64,000 bases of DNA from Octopus vulgaris (taxonomy: Eukaryota): assembly GCA_951406725.2 (NCBI GenBank), contig OX597823.1:117180001-117244000 (forward strand). Reading direction: 5' to 3'. Shown here one piece after another: positions 24,620 to 37,889 of the stretch; the first letter of the stretch is position 1; each line of letters begins with the position of its first letter. Both the position numbers and the translations under genes were made by a program. The notes under the pieces are model-generated. The model did no database searches. It saw only the letters and a list, made by a program, of their open reading frames with translations, and was not told the DNA's origin.

Positions 24620-25790
24620 TGACAGTAGCCCATTACTTGTAAGGTTTATAATGTGGTGCTTCTAATATGGCATCAAATACAAACTGCAATGACTCAAGTG
24701 GAAACAATGGAAAAAATTGTGCAGAAAACTTTCGTGTAGATGGCTTGGAATTCCCCAACGTTCATCTTGTTCAACCTGTACAGAAAAACCTACAACTTCC
24801 ACTTACCACTTCCAGCAGAAGTGGAGGTATTCAAAGCCACTTCCCATAAGAGTTGTTAGTACACTGATATTAGGAGGTTAAGAAAGTCAGACACACCAGC
24901 AAAACTATTAAAAGAAGCGCAGGCAATATAAGCTCCAGGAAGTTGTGGAGGAAGCTGAAATGTATTGGAAACACCAGATCATTAGGGAGATCTGTCAAGA
25001 ATAGTTAGAAGTTGGCAACCACAGAACCTAGAGGTGGAGCCACTGGCAAGGGCAATAGTCTGAGAATTCAGCAGAAGATCCCTGTGTAACAGCTGTAGAG
25101 TTTGCTTGCCATGGACAGTGAATAAAGTACAGTGAATAAAGTACAAGTTATCACTGACCTTGAGGAACTCTGGAACATTGACCAGAACAGTTTGTATTTC
25201 TTCCTGTGAGCCAGCTTCAAATACCCTCGAAATCTGGAGCCAAAAGGAGGACCCATTTTGCAAACAGTGTGAAAGTGTGAAGCAACTCTTCACATTCTGA
25301 GCCATATTTTCACTGAATGTTCTAAGGCAATGGAAAATGATCAATACAAGCAAAGGTATGACAAAGTCATACCTCCACTTGTTTTGATGGACCTGCAGAG
25401 GGTTAAGACCAACAAGGACCGAAATATATCAAATTTGTAAGTGGGGTGTAATAAAGTACTTAAAGCAAAAACGCCCCTGGGGAAAACACTTTCCATCAAA
25501 TCCCTGCCTTGGAAATACAAATGGTTCTGAAAGAGGTGGTAGAAATATCACTCTGACAAGGTATTGTTTTTCTATATAGAAGCACAAAAACCATCATTAT
25601 GGCCCTGGAAGAACAAACATGATAAATCTCACCAACTGAAGAAAGCACTTGGTTGAAGAGAGTCTTGTCAAAGGATAGCATGCAGCTTCATTTTACACTG
25701 AAGTCAGTCACTACAGCTTCTCAGCAAGATCAGTTATTTCTTGTAGGAGGTTGTTTTGGAACCTGGGTAACTGAAGAAAGCCACTAGGGA
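24620..25790 (+). pseudogene. Decayed RLE-type non-LTR retrotransposon (Hero/NeSL-like)
   Basis: Frameshifted motifs in order: WCF*YGI, TQVETMEK, RWLGIP, QEVVEEAE, IWSQKEDPFCKQC..HILS..CSKA (zinc knuckle), L*QGIVFLYRSTKTIIM..PW (RLE-like). Confidence 0.55.
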
Positions 25791-26149
25791 GACTATTATA
25801 CAGCTGAGACTAGCTCAAAGTGGTCGTTGATCAGCAATCACAGCTAGAACCCTTTTACAGGAGAAGAACTGTTCAGTTAGCAATAACCTCCGCAGTCAAA
25901 GTATATTAACTAACAAGTGAAACACTTATGAGAATGAGGAATCTGCTGAAGATGCAGAAGAGTTATCCACAATGCAAATGCTTCAGACATCATCAAGAAG
26001 AAAAAGTGTGCAGCGTTTTAACAAAGCTCCTGGAATTTCTGCCTGGGGCAACAACAACTCTGAAGTTTATTTCATCCAAACGGAAATGGATCGGTCTTCT
26101 AGAGAACATTCACTCAATGTCAGTAAGGAAACTAGACACAATGTAAACA

Positions 26150-26342
26150 GTGGTGGCACTGATGAGGGTTGTGGTGGTGGTGGTGGTGGTGGTGGTGGTA
26201 GTGGTGGCAGTGGTGTTTGTCATTACCATTGTCATCATGGCTGCAGCAGTGGTGGTGGTTGTGGTGGTGGTGGTGGTGTTGGTATTGGTGGTAGTGGTAT
26301 TGGTGGTGGTGCTATTGGTGGCGGTGGCGGTGTTGGTGGTAG
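26150..26342. repeat. (GGT)n microsatellite
   Basis: Direct reading. Confidence 0.9.
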
Positions 26343-28035
26343 CAACAAATGTGATGTTTCAATCCTCATCTCTCAGATTGTCTCATATACATTTTCTGCA
26401 ACACAAATTGTATATTTTTACTATTATTTCTTTGAAATATTTCAACAGTTCAAAGATTATGAGACATGTAGAAAATTCTCTACAAGTTTACCTCATTTCT
26501 TTTCTTCTCGCTTTTCATTCAGTTATCTTACCTTTTCTACGTCCTTTCCTTCACCTCACCAATCAGATTTAGCTGATACATACATACATATGTCAATAAA
26601 AATACAATAGAACACATAAATGGTATTTTCCTGTTAAATATCACAGACTTACAAATATTTGACAAAGAAAAGTTGTGTTATATATATAAGTATGTATGTA
26701 TGTATGTATGTGTGTGTGTCTATTAGAGAGAGACAGACATACAAAGAGACATAGAGAGAATGTATGCGTCTGTCATTTTGTGTGTGTGTTTGTTAATTAT
26801 ATTTTAGTCAATAAGAACCCCTTCTGTTCATAGATTGCCAGAATTATCCCCCACCCCACATCACAATCTTTAACCAATGAACATTTGTCTCTCTTTCATT
26901 TACTATTCCCTCTTCTATCTTTCTCTTCTTGCTTTTCCTCTTTTTCTCTTTCATTCTGAAACTACTGTCTGTCTCTCCTTTTATTTATATTCTTCACCTC
27001 TTCCTTCTCTTGCTCACTTTGCACGTCTGTCCCTCCCTCCCTCCCTCTCTCTCTCTCTCTCTCTCTCATTATCTCCTTTCCATTCCTCTCTTTGTTTCCC
27101 AGTTGTTCTCTGAACTCTGAAGTGAAGCCAGTGGAAAAGCAATCTTAACTGTCATTGTACTTTTCTAACGGAAGATCTTCTGAAGTTGTAGTGGTTCTGA
27201 GAGCAACTGTATGTACGTGGACACATATGCCTGCATATGCGGGGGGGGGGGATGACTATGTAAGGGAAGATAACTATTGAGTTGTCTTACAAAATGATGT
27301 CTTCCCAACTGTCTGTCAGTTTAATCAGCCAACCATTTCCTTCTTTCTGATTCAGTTTTTTTGTTTTTGTTTCAGTTTTTGTTCAACTTTATTTAATTTC
27401 TTTCTGTAAAAGAAGAATTAGTTCCAGCCATTTGATTTTGCACACACTGGGTAATCGCGAGGGTAAATGATACTATAGGCTGGGGTCAGAGGCTGTAGGA
27501 GTTCAATCAGAGTGGGGTGAGGCTGTGGTAATAAAGCCAATATGAAAGTTTGTGAAATTATCGGAGAAGAATTGAAGAAAGAATGATTGGCATTATTTGG
27601 CTCTTTTATGCAGGTTTCTGCAGGGGAAGTGAATAGAACTATCCTGCTATCATTGCAAAGATAAACGACATACACACAGACAATATATGTATGCGTATGT
27701 TTGTGTAATGTTCCAAAAATTTAATGTAAACTCAACAAATGGAAAATTCACATACAAGACATAGCTAATTCCTCATCAATCATCTTACAAAAGGTCATAA
27801 CAATATCATAGCTTATATATATATATTATGTATTTGTTTTGCAAGATTCCTGATGTGAAATGGACCAAACAGAACAAGAGGAGACACGTGGGATTGAGAG
27901 TCATTGAAGAGGTCACAGGACGTGTTACGAAACATTTCCAAACATAGGACATAAAATAAGAACAATTATAAATCTGAAGTGAAGAACAAATGACCATTCC
28001 CCCAAAATATAACAATATATATGTGTGTGTGTGTG

Positions 28036-28348
28036 GAGGAGCAAGGCCCAGTGGTTAGGGCAGCAGGCTCATGGTCGGAGGATCACGCTTTCAGTTCCCA
28101 GGCTGAGCATTGTGTGTGTTTATTGAGCGAAAATACCTAAAGCACCACGAGGCTCTGGCAGGGGGTGGTGGCGACCCCTGTTGTAGTCTTTCGCCCCCAA
28201 CTTTCTCTCACTCTCTCTTCTTGTTTCTTGTGTAACGCTGTGATGGACTGGTGTCCCATCCAGCTGGGGGGAACACATATGCCATAGAAACCGGGAAACC
28301 AGGCCCATGAGCCTGGCTAAGTTTGAAAAGGGTGCATAAATAAAATAA
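28036..28348 (+). mobile_element. tRNA-derived SINE (family C-related)
   Basis: A-box ggcccagtggttag; tail cccatccagctggggg..agaaaccggga shared with 61575 copy. Confidence 0.8.
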
Positions 28349-28484
28349 ATATATATATATATATTATATATATATTAATAATGGGGAAAGCCATTTTATG
28401 GGATTACCATAGGTTTTCTGTCCATAGCTTTAGCTTTATAGCATATCATCAGATCCCAAAAACCTGTTGGCCTAAGACCTCTCA

Positions 28485-28527
<43 letters not shown>

Positions 28528-28735
28528 TATCATCATCATCATCGTCATCATCCTTTAATGTTCATTTCTTATGCTGGCATAAGTTGAACAGTTCGACCAG
28601 AGCTGTCAAGTGGAAGAGTGGCACCAGGTTCCAGTCTGATCTGGCTTGGTTTTTACAGTTGGGTGTTTCCTAATGTTAACTCTTTACAAAGTGTGCTGGG
28701 TGCTTTTTATCTGGCACCAGTACAGGAGTATTGCA
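28528..28735 (-). mobile_element. RTE 3'UTR fragment
   Basis: (CAT)n plus gcaccagg..gggtgctttttat. Confidence 0.6.
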
Positions 28736-28967
28736 CACCATATATATTCATGAGTTATTGGTTTCAATAGAGTCTAGGCACATCAACATGTTGGACACCA
28801 TAAATGGCTAGGTAGAATAACATAGGGTTTACAGTGAGGTAAAATATGCATTGGTAGGATGCTGTAGATATGTAAATATCAAATCCAATTTAGAACTGGT
28901 TCCACGAGCAGCATAAGTAATATAAAAGAACACAAAAGGGGTTTAAAATTTTAAATTTGAATACAAC

Positions 28968-29182
28968 AATCCTTTCTACTAAAGGCACAAGGCCTGGATT
29001 TTGTGGGGAGGGGACAGTCGATCACATCGACCCCAGTACTTAACTGGTACATGATTTATCGACCCTGAAAGGATGAAAGGCAAAATTGACCTCGGCGGAA
29101 TTTGAACTCTGAATGTAGTGGCAGGCGAAATACTGCTAAGCATTTCAACCAGCGTGCTAACGATTCTGCCAGCTCACCACCT
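28968..29182 (-). mobile_element. SINE family B with TSD
   Basis: Family B core; ttgaatacaacaat repeated on both sides. Confidence 0.9.
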
Positions 29183-29474
29183 TGAATACAACAATAAAGT
29201 GCTACCAAAACAGCTGTCGTAAACTTCAAACACCATTTGTGATCTTTTGTATATACGTGTGTGTGTGTGTGTGTATATGTGTATCATGTCAGGTCGACGA
29301 TGGGAAGTACTGATATGGCACAGAAAGTGTGTCAATAGCCAGCTGGAGAAGATGTTCTCCTGGGGCTACAAGCTACAACAGCATCCACCCTTAGTGGTTA
29401 GCCACATTTAAGTGACAAATATACTTCACATTTTCGTGCAGCTACTGTTTATACCTCGTTCAGAGATTTATTAT

Positions 29475-29526
<52 letters not shown>

Positions 29527-29608
29527 ACACACACATATGTGTATGTATATATATATATATATATATATAAGTAGGTGAATGAATTATCCTAGTATGGACA
29601 TAATGCAC

Positions 29609-29667
29609 CCTTTATTCTTTCGGAAATAAGAATATGCAGTCTTCGAAACATATGTCAAGAATAAAGG
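29609..29667 (+). ncRNA. Degenerate hammerhead-like fold in a (TA)n-flanked fragment
   Basis: 11-bp stem cctttattctt/aagaataaagg, aaga/tctt stem, cgaaa, palindromic acatatgt, GUC triplet; CUGANGA box replaced by cggaaat. Confidence 0.45.
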
Positions 29668-29800
29668 AATTTTGTTAAAATCGTCGTTCGACTCCATTCT
29701 TTCACTTATATATATATATATACAAACACATACACACATCAATTGATTAATAGACAGATATATGTTTAGTAATTGATAAATTTACAGGCACATTGTGTAT

Positions 29801-29840
<40 letters not shown>

Positions 29841-30170
29841 ATGTGTGTGTGTGTGTGTGTGTGTGCATGTGTGTGTGTGTGTGCGCATGTGACATGTAGG
29901 CACACCTCGTAATGAAAATATTTGATATTTTAGAGAAGAATAATGAATAATTGTATCTGTCTAATGTGCTTAAGTTTATGGAGTAAGTCTTACAACACTT
30001 TACTTTAAATCTTGCTAATTGGTGTTGAAAACCTTCAAGTTAAACTCTGTGTGTGAACATGTGTGTGGTGTGTGTGAAGGTGGGTGTATGTAAGTGTGTG
30101 TGTGGGTGTTTGTGCGAATTTATGTGTTTGTGTTTGTTTCTGTTTGTGTGGGTGTATGTTTTTGTGTGTA

Positions 30171-30213
<43 letters not shown>

Positions 30214-31777
30214 GGTTTGTGCATGTGTTGATGCAAATTTATTTCATTTGTCTCTCATAATCTAGGTTTCCATCATAATGGTAATTGAAAGAAATAAAGA
30301 TTGGAGAAATTTCATTTTACCCCTGCTCTTACCAAATCCTCAATGTTTGCCAACTCCAGACTGCTTGAATTACAATAAAATCAATTTGAAAATAGACAAA
30401 TCTGATTAAAGGATTTTAGTTGCGGTTTATACCATCCTCCATAACTCCAATATATTGGCATTTAGGACAGATGACTCCAAATTTGGGTCTATTTATATTT
30501 CTGGCTCAAAACATTGCTTTTTGTTGTTTAGTATCTGACATAAGAACATGATCATCACAGTGTCCTATTTCTTGTGCAAATGAATTGTATATTTTGTGCA
30601 TGTGTAACAAACTATTTTGTACATCTGTCAGTGGAAAAAGAATTACTAGAAATGTGATGGAATCTTACAATCTATTTGATTTCGCCAATAAAACTTAACC
30701 ACTTTTTATTCTTATTTTATTGAACTCAGGAAAATGATGGTAATGACTTCTGCAGGGTTTGCTCTTTGAATGTAGAGAGAGAAAACTAAATTGCCTTAAG
30801 CGTTTAGTTAGATACTTTCCCTATTTCTGACTTTCCTATTATCCGTATGTTACTTGTATTATTAACAAAATATATGAATGTTACATATTCACATATGACA
30901 TCCAGATGGGTGTGGCAGAAGTAATTATTTACTCTACCCAGGAAGGGAATGTAGTTCACTAGAACATTTGCAACCTAGAAACTGAAGAATTTTACACGAA
31001 GAGACTGGTTAGTATTTCTTTTATCAGCAAACATAGATGACAACTCATGATGTTCCTTACCTTTATTTTCTTTATTTGAAGACTCATCAGTGAAATATAG
31101 CTTCTCTACAAGTTGATGGAATATTAGCCTGTAAATTACTAACTATACATATTAAATTGTACATTTTTTGGTATGGAGTAGGGAAAAATATTGACAATTT
31201 AAGTTTCTACAAGACACCAACTCCCAGTTAATTCAACAGCTCAGTTTAAATCATTAAATATGCTTTCATTTATGTAATCTAATTATGATGCAGATGGCAT
31301 TCCATTCAATTATTCTGTAATTTTTATAGTGCTATAATGAGTTGAGGCACTGATCAAATACATCATTAAATGTGGTAGTTCTGTACCATAATTCCCTTGT
31401 TTCAAGGAACTCAGTAACAATGAAACATTAACCCAATGAGGCAGTGAGAAGAAAAATCTTATATAGCCACTTATAGGCCAAACAGAACACTGCAGCACAA
31501 AAGAAGACTATATGGTGAAGTCTCATACTCAAGGACAGTAACTTGGCATTAAAGATTACTACCAGTGATATGAATCAATCATATATCCAGTTGTCTGCCT
31601 CTGTTCCAAATATCTATTCTAACAGAACAGGCTGAGAGCTCATGGTAATGACTGCAACAACATTAACCCCATCAATAACAACAATAAACCAATCTCTATA
31701 ACTAGCGGAAAAATTTTCCGTGAATCACCGCCTACAATTTTGTAAAAGAGAAAGGGAGCATTAGATTACGTATACAT

Positions 31778-32132
31778 CAATGTTTCCCAATCTACTTTCC
31801 CCGAGGCACCACTATAAATGTATACCCGACCGGTGGTTGGAGAAAAGCAACTTTATTTTTGGTATTACATTATTATATACTTTCTTTAAAGAAATATCCA
31901 TACTAGGGCATTAGAATAACACTATACTGCAGCAAACAGTCTTCAGCCAGTATTCTTGGCTGGAAGGATTGGATTAGCTAGGCTGAATATAGATGTAGTA
32001 TGTTACTGTGAAAAGCTGGTAAACAGATTTTCACAATTCTATGTCCACCTAAAAAGTTAAAAAAACAGAGAAAATAATTTTGGATCCCACTCTTCACCAC
32101 AATTACCTCAGGCTCTGTGCTGGGAACCCCTG
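31778..32132. mobile_element. Possible hAT (Charlie-like) MITE
   Basis: Termini caatgtttcccaa / tgggaacccctg; no TSD seen. Confidence 0.35.
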
Positions 32133-33234
32133 ATCAATAATAGATACTCTTTACAAAGACAGTATGGTCCTGTTTGAAATACCTTTAATCATAAGTCTGT
32201 GGCTGTCCTGGGGTTAAACAAATACAACAACAACAATGGCAGCAATAACAGAATTAAAGAACAATTTAAATCAAAGAATAGTTTCCCTCTGTGGAAAAAA
32301 AGTTTTGTTTTCTTAAGAAACTCTGTTCTTGTGAAATTTATGGCATGGAAGAACTTATGGTATTAAGTTCTCACATGGTTGTTTTTGGACTGCTACATCT
32401 TGGAACTGACAGTCGGTAATCTTGAGATGGAATTACTAATCTCTCTTTGACTGACCTATCAATCAATTATATGTAATTATTGGACAGCCATGTTTCAGGC
32501 ACTTTCTACATTTCTAGATGAATGGCTTACAATCTACTAAATTACTTACTTTCTTCTTCAGAATCCTCTGGGAAGCTGCTGACTAAAGTATGTCATAGTC
32601 ACCTGTTTCTATGTATGTGCATTAGTAGTATGTGCATGTGTATTTCTGTATGTGTCTATATTTCAAGTGTGTCTCTTAATTTCATTAAGATAAATCAAAT
32701 TAACAAAAGCTGGTTCCTAACAGGCAAAACTTTTTGGTGTTTAGACAACAATGAATTTGTAAAGCTTTGCATATTTTAATAGTATTATTAATAGATCGAA
32801 TTTGGAGAATTTTCATCAGCTGCTTGTGTTCTCAGAGCCCCAGTTTCTCAAGTATATCCGACAGATATCTGATCACATCACCAAAAACAATACTGAACTT
32901 AAAATTTATATCTATAGGTTTTGTATCTGTTAACCATAGATATCTAATTTTTTTTAGATACTTTCATTGTCATATACTATTAGTTCCTAGGAACTGAGTA
33001 TTCTTGATATCCATTCTCTAAGATCCAATACCTGATACCTTGAATTTAAAATATGGGCAAAGTAGTTCAGAGAAAGAATAATTAGACAAAATGCTTTGTA
33101 TTGGAGGCAGACCACAGTTGGGCTGCTATGAGAGTGAGTAATGAAGGCACTGAGAAGGTTTAGGCAAGGTTCATATGAATTTAATAAAGTCAGAAGAACA
33201 AATACACTTGCCAGCTGATATAGAATACATGGAA

Positions 33235-33310
<76 letters not shown>

Positions 33311-33349
33311 TATGTATATATGTATTATTTATTTATTTTTTATTTTTTA

Positions 33350-34024
33350 TTTTTTACTTGTTTCAGTCATTTGACTGCGACCATGCTGGAGCACCGCCTT
33401 TAATCGAGCAACTCGACCCCGGGACTTATTCTTTTGTAAGCCCAGTACTTATTCTATCGGTCTCTTTTGCCGAACCGCTAAGTAACGGGGACATAAACAC
33501 ACCAGCATCAGTTGTCAAGCAATGCTAGGGGGACAAACACAGACACACAAACACACACACCTGGCAGAATCATTAGAATGTCGGGCGAAATGCGTAGCCA
33601 TATTTCGTCTGCCGTTACGTTCTGAGTTCAAATTCTGCCGAGGTTGACTTTGCCTTTCATCCTTTCGGGGTCGATAAATTAAGTACCAGTTACGCACTGG
33701 GGTTGATGTAATTGACTTAATCCGTTTGTCCCCTCTATGTTTAGCCCCTTGTGGGTAGTAAAGAACTATATATATATACATATATATGAAGGGCTTCTTT
33801 CAGTTTCCATCTACCAAATCCACTGACAAGGCTTTGGTCAGCCCGAGGCTATAGTAGAAGACACTTGCCCAAGGTGCCATGCAGTGGGACTGAACCCGGA
33901 ACCATCATCATCATCATCATCATCGTTTAGCGTCCGTTTTCCATGCTAGCATGGGTTGGTAAACCATGTGGTAAACCATGTGGTTGGTAAACAAGCTACT
34001 TATCACAAAGCCACTCCTGCGCCT
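33350..34024 (-). mobile_element. SINE family A with nested family B SINE (33561-33764, +) and RTE tail (33904-33958, -)
   Basis: Family A head, core and tail all present around the two inserts. Confidence 0.85.
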
Positions 34025-34436
34025 ATTTAATACTTAATAGTTTACAGTGTAGCAGAAGAAACTGGTAATGCGAACATGGAGTGGATAAATCATATTTCTG
34101 TACACCACTAAGTCACAGAGTAAATGAGACATGAGAAGGGAAAGGGATTTTGTTATTTGATCAGGTTATTGGGTGCAGATAAAGATCCAGTGATCCACAG
34201 AGACATAGATACAACCTCTTGTTTTCTTCATTATACTTTTCTTACTAGCAAACTGAAGATTAATTGGTTTGGAACAATTTCTGTGTATGTGTGTGTGTGT
34301 GCATATACACACACCCAAATGAAGGAAATGCTAGCACTCAAACACCTAAAAAGGTAGTCAAACTGTAAAGGAATTAGTCAAGAGAGAATGTTAAACATGA
34401 TGTGATATGTCAGTTTCTCTAAAAACATCCATCTTC

Positions 34437-35798
34437 TTCCGACCAGGAAGAAGCTGCTTAACTCAGCTCCTACAACACTATGACTGGGTGCTGAAACGAC
34501 TGCTCAACCACTCAAATGTGGAAGTCATATATCTCGACTTTGCAAAGGCCTTTGATAAAGTCGATCATGGAATGATATGTCACAAACTGTGTGATCTTGG
34601 CATAGTTGGAAAATTGGGAGAATGGCTTCATGACTTTCTGAAGGATAGAAGTCAGGTGGTAGTAGCTTCCATTAACATGCAAATAGTGAGCGGTGGTCCA
34701 CAAGGCACTGTTTTGGGACCACTACTGTTCATAATGGCCCTCTCAGACATGCCCTCAGCCACGCATAGAGCCATGATCAAAAGTTATGCAGATGATCACA
34801 AGTTATGCAGATGATACAAAAGTTTCACAGGCAATACAGAACCCTGAAGACACTAAGCACCTGCAATGTGAGATGGACAAAATATACAAGTGGGCTGAAA
34901 AGAATAGCATGCAGTTCAATGCTGAAAAGTTTCAAGCTTTATGCTATCAGCATGCAAAACTAAATGCAGTACCCAATAAATACACTGGACCTGGGGGGAT
35001 TGCAATCCCAGAGGCACAATCAGTGCGAGACCTGGATATTTACATGAGTGATGATGCAACCTTTCATGTGCATGTTGCTAAATTCGCAATGAAATGTAGG
35101 CGGCTGACCAGATGGATTCTTAGAACCTTTAGAACAAGAGACCAGGAAACCATGATGGTCCCCTGGAGGACACTTGTCCTAAGCCACTTTGACTATTGCT
35201 CTCAGCTATGGTCACCATCCAGTGTCAAGTTAATCACAGAACTTGAGGCAATTCAACGAAGCCACACGAAGAAGATAGCCTCTGTGCAGCATATAAGCTA
35301 TTGGGAAAGACTCAAGAGATTGAGACTCTATTCCTTAGAGCGTAGGCGAGAAATATATGCCATAATATACATCTGGAAGATCCTAGAAGGACTTGTCCCA
35401 AACTTTGGCATTGAGAGTTACACAAATGCCAGAACTGGGCGCCACTGCATAGTGCCAAGGACTCCAAATTTGCCATCAAGATGTAGGACAAGATACTGTG
35501 ATAGCCTGGGCTTCTGAAGCCCACAGCTCTTCAATATCATCCAGAAGAACCTAAGAGACCTGCATGGGGTGGATGCAGATGTCTTTAAAATAAAACTGGA
35601 TCTCTTCTTGTCAGGTGTCCCAGATGAACCAACTTCACGGCAGGAGGTGCAGATGAGGGCAGCTGCATCGAAATCTCTCATGGACCAAATGGCTAAAAAG
35701 CATTCGTGAAGTAAAATCATGTAGCAACACCAAATGGCGGTGCCCCAGCATGGCCACAGCTTGTGAGCTGAAACTAGATAAAAAAATAAAAAAAATAA

Positions 35799-35802
<4 letters not shown>
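34437..35802 (+). mobile_element. 5'-truncated CR1-group LINE, disrupted reverse transcriptase
   Basis: FRPGRSC, YLDFAKAFDKVDH, PQGTVLGPLLF, YADD, DYCSQLWSP, YSLERRR; frameshift at ~34790, stop at 35515, ORF end 35709, A-rich tail. Confidence 0.92.
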
Positions 35803-36410
<608 letters not shown>

Positions 36411-36451
36411 CTTTGATACTTTGATATTTCGCCATTATGTATATATATATA

Positions 36452-36609
36452 TATGGCCCACTCAAGTATTATTGTTTACAGAGACATATCCGGGTGTAGG
36501 GGGTTTATCCGGGATTTCTTGAAGGAATCTGTCCAAAGACTTCTTGAACCCTATAGGGTCAGTTTCTGATTTAATGTGTTTTGATGTAATGTTAAAGAGA
36601 GCGGGGCCA

Positions 36610-36612
<3 letters not shown>
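36452..36612 (-). mobile_element. 3' fragment of a second CR1-group LINE family
   Basis: Reverse translation [42 protein letters not shown] matches the C-terminal LFN..FK..LD.FL..PD motif of the 34437 element. Confidence 0.7.
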
Positions 36613-36652
<40 letters not shown>

Positions 36653-36708
36653 ATTATGTATGTATGTATATATATATATATATATATAATATATATGTAT
36701 ATATATAT

Positions 36709-36753
<45 letters not shown>

Positions 36754-37011
36754 TATGTATATATATATGTATACATATATATATATATACATACATATAT
36801 ATATGTATGTATATATATATATATACATACATACATATATGTATATATACATACATACGTATATATATATATATACATACATATATATATATATACGTAT
36901 ATATGTATATGTATATATATGTGTACATATATATGTGTGTATGTATATACATGTCTATGTATATATATGTATATGTATGTATATGTATATATATGTATAT
37001 GTATATATGTG

Positions 37012-37044
<33 letters not shown>

Positions 37045-37155
37045 AGATATATATGTGTTTTTATATATATATATGTGTATGTGTGTGTGTGTGTATGTAT
37101 ATATATATGTGTGTATGTTTGTATATGTATATATATGTATATATATATATATATA
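36613..37155. repeat. (TA)n/(TATG)n microsatellite
   Basis: Direct reading. Confidence 0.95.
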
Positions 37156-37156
37156 T

Positions 37157-37530
37157 TTGCAGGAGTGGCTGTGTGATAAGAAGCTTTTTTCCCAACCACA
37201 TGGTTCCGGGTTCAGTCCCACTGCATGTCACCTTGGGCAAGTGTTTTCTACTATAGCTTAAAGTCTTGTTCTTATGAGTGGATTTGGTAGGCAGAAACTG
37301 AAAGAAGCCCATTATGTGTGTGTGTGTGTATTTATGTGTCTGTGTTTTGTTCCCACACCACCATCGCTTGACCACCAATGTTGGTGTGTTTACGTCTGTG
37401 TAACTTAGCAATTCAGCAAAAGAGACTGATAGAATGAGTACCAGGCTTACAAACAATGGGGTCGATTTGTTCTATTCAAGTCAGTGCTCCAGCATGGCCG
37501 CAGTCAAATTACTGAAACAAGTAAAAATAA
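37157..37530 (+). mobile_element. SINE family A (tRNA head, conserved core, CR1-like tail)
   Basis: gagtggctgtgtg..gggttcagtccc..gggcaagtg..ccagcatggccgcagtcaaattactgaaac. Confidence 0.85.
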
Positions 37531-37534
37531 TCTC

Positions 37535-37830
37535 AAATTTTATTTAATTTGATTTTCGTGCGCCTTGACCTTCGAAACGTGGAGTAGATGAAACAAAAGC
37601 GACTGAAGAAGGGGAATTTTCCTTGTATTGTATGTCCTGTACTCTATTTTTTCGTTGTTTAAGAAAAATGTCCGTTTCCTTGGTTTTGTGTTTATGTTTT
37701 CGTTTCTCATTGTGTTCGACGTTTTTTTGGTGTCCTGTACCCATATATGCATGTATATATACATGTAGAGGTATGTACGTACATATATGTATGTATATAT
37801 ACATATGTTTTATTTATTTATTAATTTATA
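37535..37830 (-). repeat. Dispersed repeat homologous to 16690-16880
   Basis: Shared tatgggtacaggacac..gagaaacgaaaacataaa..caaggaaac. Confidence 0.7.
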
Positions 37831-37886
<56 letters not shown>

Positions 37887-37889
37887 ATA

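Noticed and set aside
25972-26610. 212-aa glycine-rich ORF
   Set aside because: The Gly/Val runs come from a (GGT)n tract; the flanks show no recognisable domain.
27100-27700. Possible promoter or exon in apparently unique sequence after a CT-rich tract
   Set aside because: No ORF, splice pattern or motif strong enough to call without transcript data.
37569-37612. Permuted (type II) hammerhead ccttc-gaaacgt...ctgaagaagg
   Set aside because: No convincing stem I, and the cleavage triplet would be GUG; it may be halves of two motifs but cannot be supported.
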